64,000 nt of DNA from Octopus sinensis (taxonomy: Eukaryota). The stretch spans positions 3,100,001 to 3,164,000 of the forward strand of contig NC_043017.1 of assembly GCF_006345805.1 (NCBI RefSeq), written 5' to 3'. Under the pieces are notes generated by a model that had not been told where the DNA came from, searched no databases, and saw only the letters and a list, made by a program, of their open reading frames with translations. The stretch's first letter is position 1. Each line of letters begins with the position of its first letter. Shown here piece after piece: positions 52,721-64,000 of the stretch. The translations under genes were made by a program, and so were the position numbers.

Positions 52721-53060
52721 CATTTCTTACCACTCTGAATATCGTACTCAAAAACAGAAAATAAGAAAGCCTCTTGTGACAGTCGGAAATGAGAGGATTA
52801 CGTCTGCTATTAAGATGGTCTAAAGGGATATTCTTATTCACTTGTTGTTCTAACAAGTGCTAAACGGGACTTACTGTCATGGTCTCAGTGTGGGTTACAG
52901 ACAACTTTAACGGTTTCTATGTCAGGGACTTACTCCACTAAGTACAACCGCCTGTGTTTTCAACAAGCCATTTCTCTATTCTCCTGTTGTATACAGCTGA
53001 TGGCTTGTCTCTGTCATAATCAAGTTAACTGTATTTTGTATTTATGTGCTATCTGCGTAT

Positions 53061-53119
53061 ATTCCACTGATGAAGGCAAAGCATTTCTTATGCAGATCCA
53101 GAAATCCGGGATCTGGAAT
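53061..53119 (+). ncRNA. Type I hammerhead ribozyme fold, intact core
   Basis: ATTCCA-CTGATGA-AGGcaaaGCATttcttATGCagatCCA-GAAA-TCCGGGA-TC-TGGAAT; 6-bp stem I, AUC site. Confidence 0.65.
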
Positions 53120-54319
53120 TATCCAGTAATTTTTTTTGCTAGTTTATTTTGTCACTTTGTCTTCTCTCCTGGAGCTGTATGAACATTTAATGTGGTGTTA
53201 GAATCAAGTTTTGGCTGCTATGTCTAGCATGGTGGTATCTCTTAGATACCCTTAATTATGATTTTAATAATAATTATTACCTATGAGGTTTTTATTCCCA
53301 TGTTGGCCACCTGATAAGATCGGTATTTTAAATAACGATCTTATCCTTATTTATATAAATTTATACACACGTATGTATACATAGTTTCTGTTTAGCAAAT
53401 ACACCCACAGGCCACTGGTCGGCCGGAGGTCTTAGTGGAAGGCGCACGCCAAAAATGTCACTGCGTTCTTGAACCTAAAACCAACTGGTTTCATGAGAAA
53501 TGGCAATGTTCCGAGTTTAGAAACCGTCTGAGTTTTATATTCAAGTCGCTCTTTCTCACTGAAAAAAAATGGAAATAAAAATTTGCGCAGTCAGAAATTG
53601 CTTTCTATCTCTTCTTTTATCTCTTTTCTTTGACCTTTTACCCACATTCCTCAGTTTCGACAGGGTTCCTAATGTGACAGCGGGCTTAGGATGTAAGTTT
53701 TAGCACAAACCTGTACAACCATCAGCTTTGGTTTACTTCTTTCTCTCGTTGAAGTAGAGCCGAGATATACAAACATCCGTTGTATATGGGTAGCTTCTTA
53801 GGTACAGCCGTACTCACAGAACAGGAGAAGGAGCTAGAAACGGTGTTTTAAAGAGAATCGCTTTACTTGACTGTGACTGGTTTATCGTCACCGATAAAAG
53901 TACCACCTACGCAGCCAGAGGGGGGGATATGTTCTTGAGAATTGGATTATGACACATTTAAAACCTCTAAAACAATGAAAGCAGCATTGTAAAAAGAACA
54001 AGACTGATTACTCTGGCATTTGCTTGGTACAACGTGGGTATCATCACACTTAGTGAGACTCGGGTTGTATTTCAAAAGGGATTTTTTTTTTTTTTTGCTG
54101 TTTTGAAACCATCTCTGAAAGACTAAACAAAACAATATTTAATACTGTTGCCATAGAGAGAAGCTGAACGTCCATAAAATGATGTGTGCTTTTTGCATGT
54201 GATATTAGAGAAAGTATGAGGTTATAACATAGCCCCATACATCCATTAAAATGTAAACGAATACAAGTATAATATATAGAGACGTTATTGATCTAAACAG
54301 TCATTTTGATTTATTAGAA

Positions 54320-54815
<496 letters not shown>

Positions 54816-55647
54816 AGAACGCAAAATAGGAGAAGCTGTTTATTTTAATAAGGACAGGAGTAACTGAATAATTAGCAGGAATAAACTTTTCTGCATCTCC
54901 TTGAATATTAGGAAATGTCAATCATGATTCTACCAATGTAAATAATATTCCAAGAAAATTTGGAACAACTTAGAAATTTATTATAATTTGTATAAAATTT
55001 CTAATTGATTCAAAGGATTACACGATTCTTCCTTTGGTAAAAAATGCGATAAAGCAAAACAAGCAGCTTGATAGAGGAAAGTGAAAAGGAATGCAAAAAA
55101 TTCGTCCAAATGGACACCAAATCGACCCCAGGAGTCATTCTTTGTAAGCCTCTTACTTATCCTATCGATTTCTTTTGCTGAACTACTAAGTTACGGGGAC
55201 GTAAACACACCAACATCTGTTGTCAAGCAATGGTGTGGGGACAAACACAGACACACAAACGATGCATGGCATTCAAAAATATTTCGTCTGTCGTTACGTT
55301 CAGAGTTCAAATTCCGCCGAGTTAGACTTTGCCTTTCATCCTTTCGGGGTCGATGAATTAAGTACCAGTTACGCACTGGGGTCGATGTAATTGACTTAAT
55401 CCCTTTGTCTGTCCTTGTTTGTCCCCTCTGTGTTTAGCCCCTTGTGGGTAGTAAAGAAAAAAATAATATGGCATAGCGTGCATAAATTTTATGTGACAGA
55501 AGATTTCTTGAGCCGCACAACGATACATTCGCATAATTAGTAATCCTTCGTTATTAGTACACAACCTTACCTCACGATATAGATAAAGAGGTTAGGCCGA
55601 AAAAGAGGGTGAATGACGTCGTCTCCTTTCTCCGACACTCTCCAGAC

Positions 55648-55977
55648 CAGGGCAGGTCAACCTGAGGCCCGCGGCCCGCAGACTGTTATCTTGCGGCCCG
55701 ATTGATACTTTCTTGAAATGGGTTTATTTAAAAAAAAACATTTTTAAAATGTTATCAAAAATTAAAGATTGTGATGAAAAGCAAAAAAGAAAAATACTAC
55801 TGTTTTTACAACAATATTATTTGATGTTGAATCTAAGATCATTCATTCATTGTTTTAATAACAGCACGATAAAGCAAAATGCTTTCAATTCTGTCAGTAT
55901 ACAGGCAACCCTCAAAAAACTTTTTGTTTTTAATGTTTTAAAGTGGCCTGCAATGTAATTCGAGTTGCCCAGGCCTG
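55648..55977. mobile_element. hAT (Charlie-like) MITE upstream of copy C
   Basis: CAGG...CCTG ends, GCGGCCCG subterminal motifs, 8-bp TSD CTCCAGAC/CTCTAGAC. Confidence 0.75.
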
Positions 55978-56326
55978 CTCTAGACCAATACCGAAAGAAC
56001 GCCTCATGGTTTTACGTGTTCCACTACCTTGGCATATTTGATAATCTGGTCCTACTCCGGTAACAAAGGCCAATGTTGATAAATTAACGGATCTGCTCGG
56101 TAGCACCACCACCACCACCATCATAAGCAGCCAACACAATTATCACCTGCCTCTACCGCCCTCACCACGGCCACCACTATCGTTTCACCACCGCAACCTC
56201 AGCCACCACCAAAAACATCAGCACCACCACCACCACCACAACAACAACAACAACAACAACAACCACTACCACTACCACCACTACCACCACCAGCCGTCAT
56301 CAACAAAGAACGATAACCCTATTTTG

Positions 56327-56333
56327 TATAAAA
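56327..56333 (+). promoter_or_regulatory. TATA box of BHMT-like copy C
   Basis: TATAAAA starting 68 nt upstream of the exon 1 ATG. Confidence 0.55.
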
Positions 56334-56394
56334 CGCTCACAACAGATTTGGCGGCTGACGTAGAAATTAGTTAACAGAGACTAGGGACGAAAGG

Positions 56395-62797
<6,403 letters not shown>

Positions 62798-62976
62798 GTA
62801 ACGTACTGTGTCTTAATTTGAAAGTCTGCTTAGAAATTGTTGTTCTTGTTGTTGTTCTTGTTGCTATTGTTGGTGGTAGTGGCGGTGGTGGCGGTGGTGA
62901 CGGTGGTGGCGTTAGTGGTGGTGGTGATGATAGTGGTGTTGTTGTGGTTGTTGTTGTTGCTGCTGCTGCTGTTACT

Positions 62977-63324
62977 GTTGATCGAAGCGGTCTTCGTCCC
63001 ATTAGTGGGAGAAGAGCGAAACGTGGTCCTTTGCTATTCGTAAGACCCGCAGAAGAGAAAGCAGGTCAACCCCCGACACCGAGAGCATCGACGGATGGAT
63101 GAATGCGCATCCAGGCTCAGCGGTTGCGTAGGAAGTCGGGGACCAGAAACAGAAAGAAAGAGTGAGAGAAAGTTGTGGCGAAAGAGTACAACAGGGGTCG
63201 CCACCACCCCTGCCGGAGCCTCGTGGAGTTTTAGGTGTTTTCGCTCAATAAACACACACAACGCCTGGTCTGGGAATTGAAACCGCGAGTCCGCTGCCCT
63301 ACCACTGGGCTATTGCGCCTCCAC
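62977..63324 (-). mobile_element. tRNA-derived SINE with family-3 head/core and a different 3' tail
   Basis: Head GTGGAGGCGCAATAGCCCAGTGGTAGG and core CACAACTTTCTCTCACTC are shared; the tail is unique. Confidence 0.75.
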
Positions 63325-64000
63325 TGCTGCAGCTGGTGTTATTGTTGGAGGTGGTGGTGGTGGTGGTGGTAGATGTTCTGTTGTTGATAGTGGTGATGGT
63401 GGCGCTGATGGTGCTGGTGTTGGTGCTGGTGGTAGTGGTACCGGTGCTTGTGCTGGAAGCGGCGGCGGTGGCGTGGTATTATTGTTGGTGGTGGTTCTGT
63501 TACTGATGTAATTATTTTTTCGTGGCGGAGGTGGTTTTGATGCTTGTCTGTTATGTACGAAGAAAGCATAAAACTCGAGGCGCGCAAAAGATATTTCACA
63601 GAATATTCAAACATATCAAAAATTTACGTAAGAAATGAATGACAAGTAAAATAATTAAAAAAACCCACATATATACCACAATCCACACAGGGAAGATGAC
63701 CCTAGGTCGCCTAGGTTGGACTAGAACGCCCTACGACCCCTATCAGGTACCACACGTTGACTGGAAGCTGGTAAATCTTGAAATCCCGGTACACATTCTC
63801 TGCGTTTGACGGGGCCAGAACTGTCCTATGTCCTTCGGGCAGGCTTGCTTCAGTGAGGATTGAACATTTGTGTGGGTTTTCATCAATAGTTTGTTAGACG
63901 TATAGTATTTCTTTCTGTATGTTAAAGGTCAAATTTGCCTTTCGTCCTTCCAGGGTCGGTAAATTAAGTACCAGTCGAGCACTTGGCTCGATGTAATCGA

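Overview
Eukaryotic, microsatellite- and SINE-rich DNA whose repeat families look like those of an octopus (coleoid cephalopod); the taxon is recalled from repeat sequences, not searched. Almost all ORFs in the supplied track are simple-repeat or SINE artefacts. The real coding content is a cluster of three spliced homocysteine S-methyltransferase (BHMT-like) paralogues. Copy A (minus, 16480-27171) and copy B (minus, 31996-41893) are complete 7-exon genes of 348 aa produced by tandem duplication. Copy C (plus, from 56395) lies head-to-head with B, and its exons 1-5 are in the window. An intact initiator tRNA-Met gene lies at 6943-7014 (minus). Mobile DNA includes tRNA-derived SINE families, R4/Dong-like and CR1-like LINE fragments, a Chapaev3-like transposase fossil carrying three nested SINEs, and mariner, pogo, hAT, piggyBac-like and Helitron elements. 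The least expected signal is about a dozen minimal type I hammerhead-ribozyme folds with palindromic stem III (Penelope/retrozyme style). They include two back-to-back inverted pairs and a candidate 372-nt retrozyme monomer. A diverged inverted duplicate between genes B and C may mark the centre of the inverted gene duplication. All folds and alignments were read by eye.
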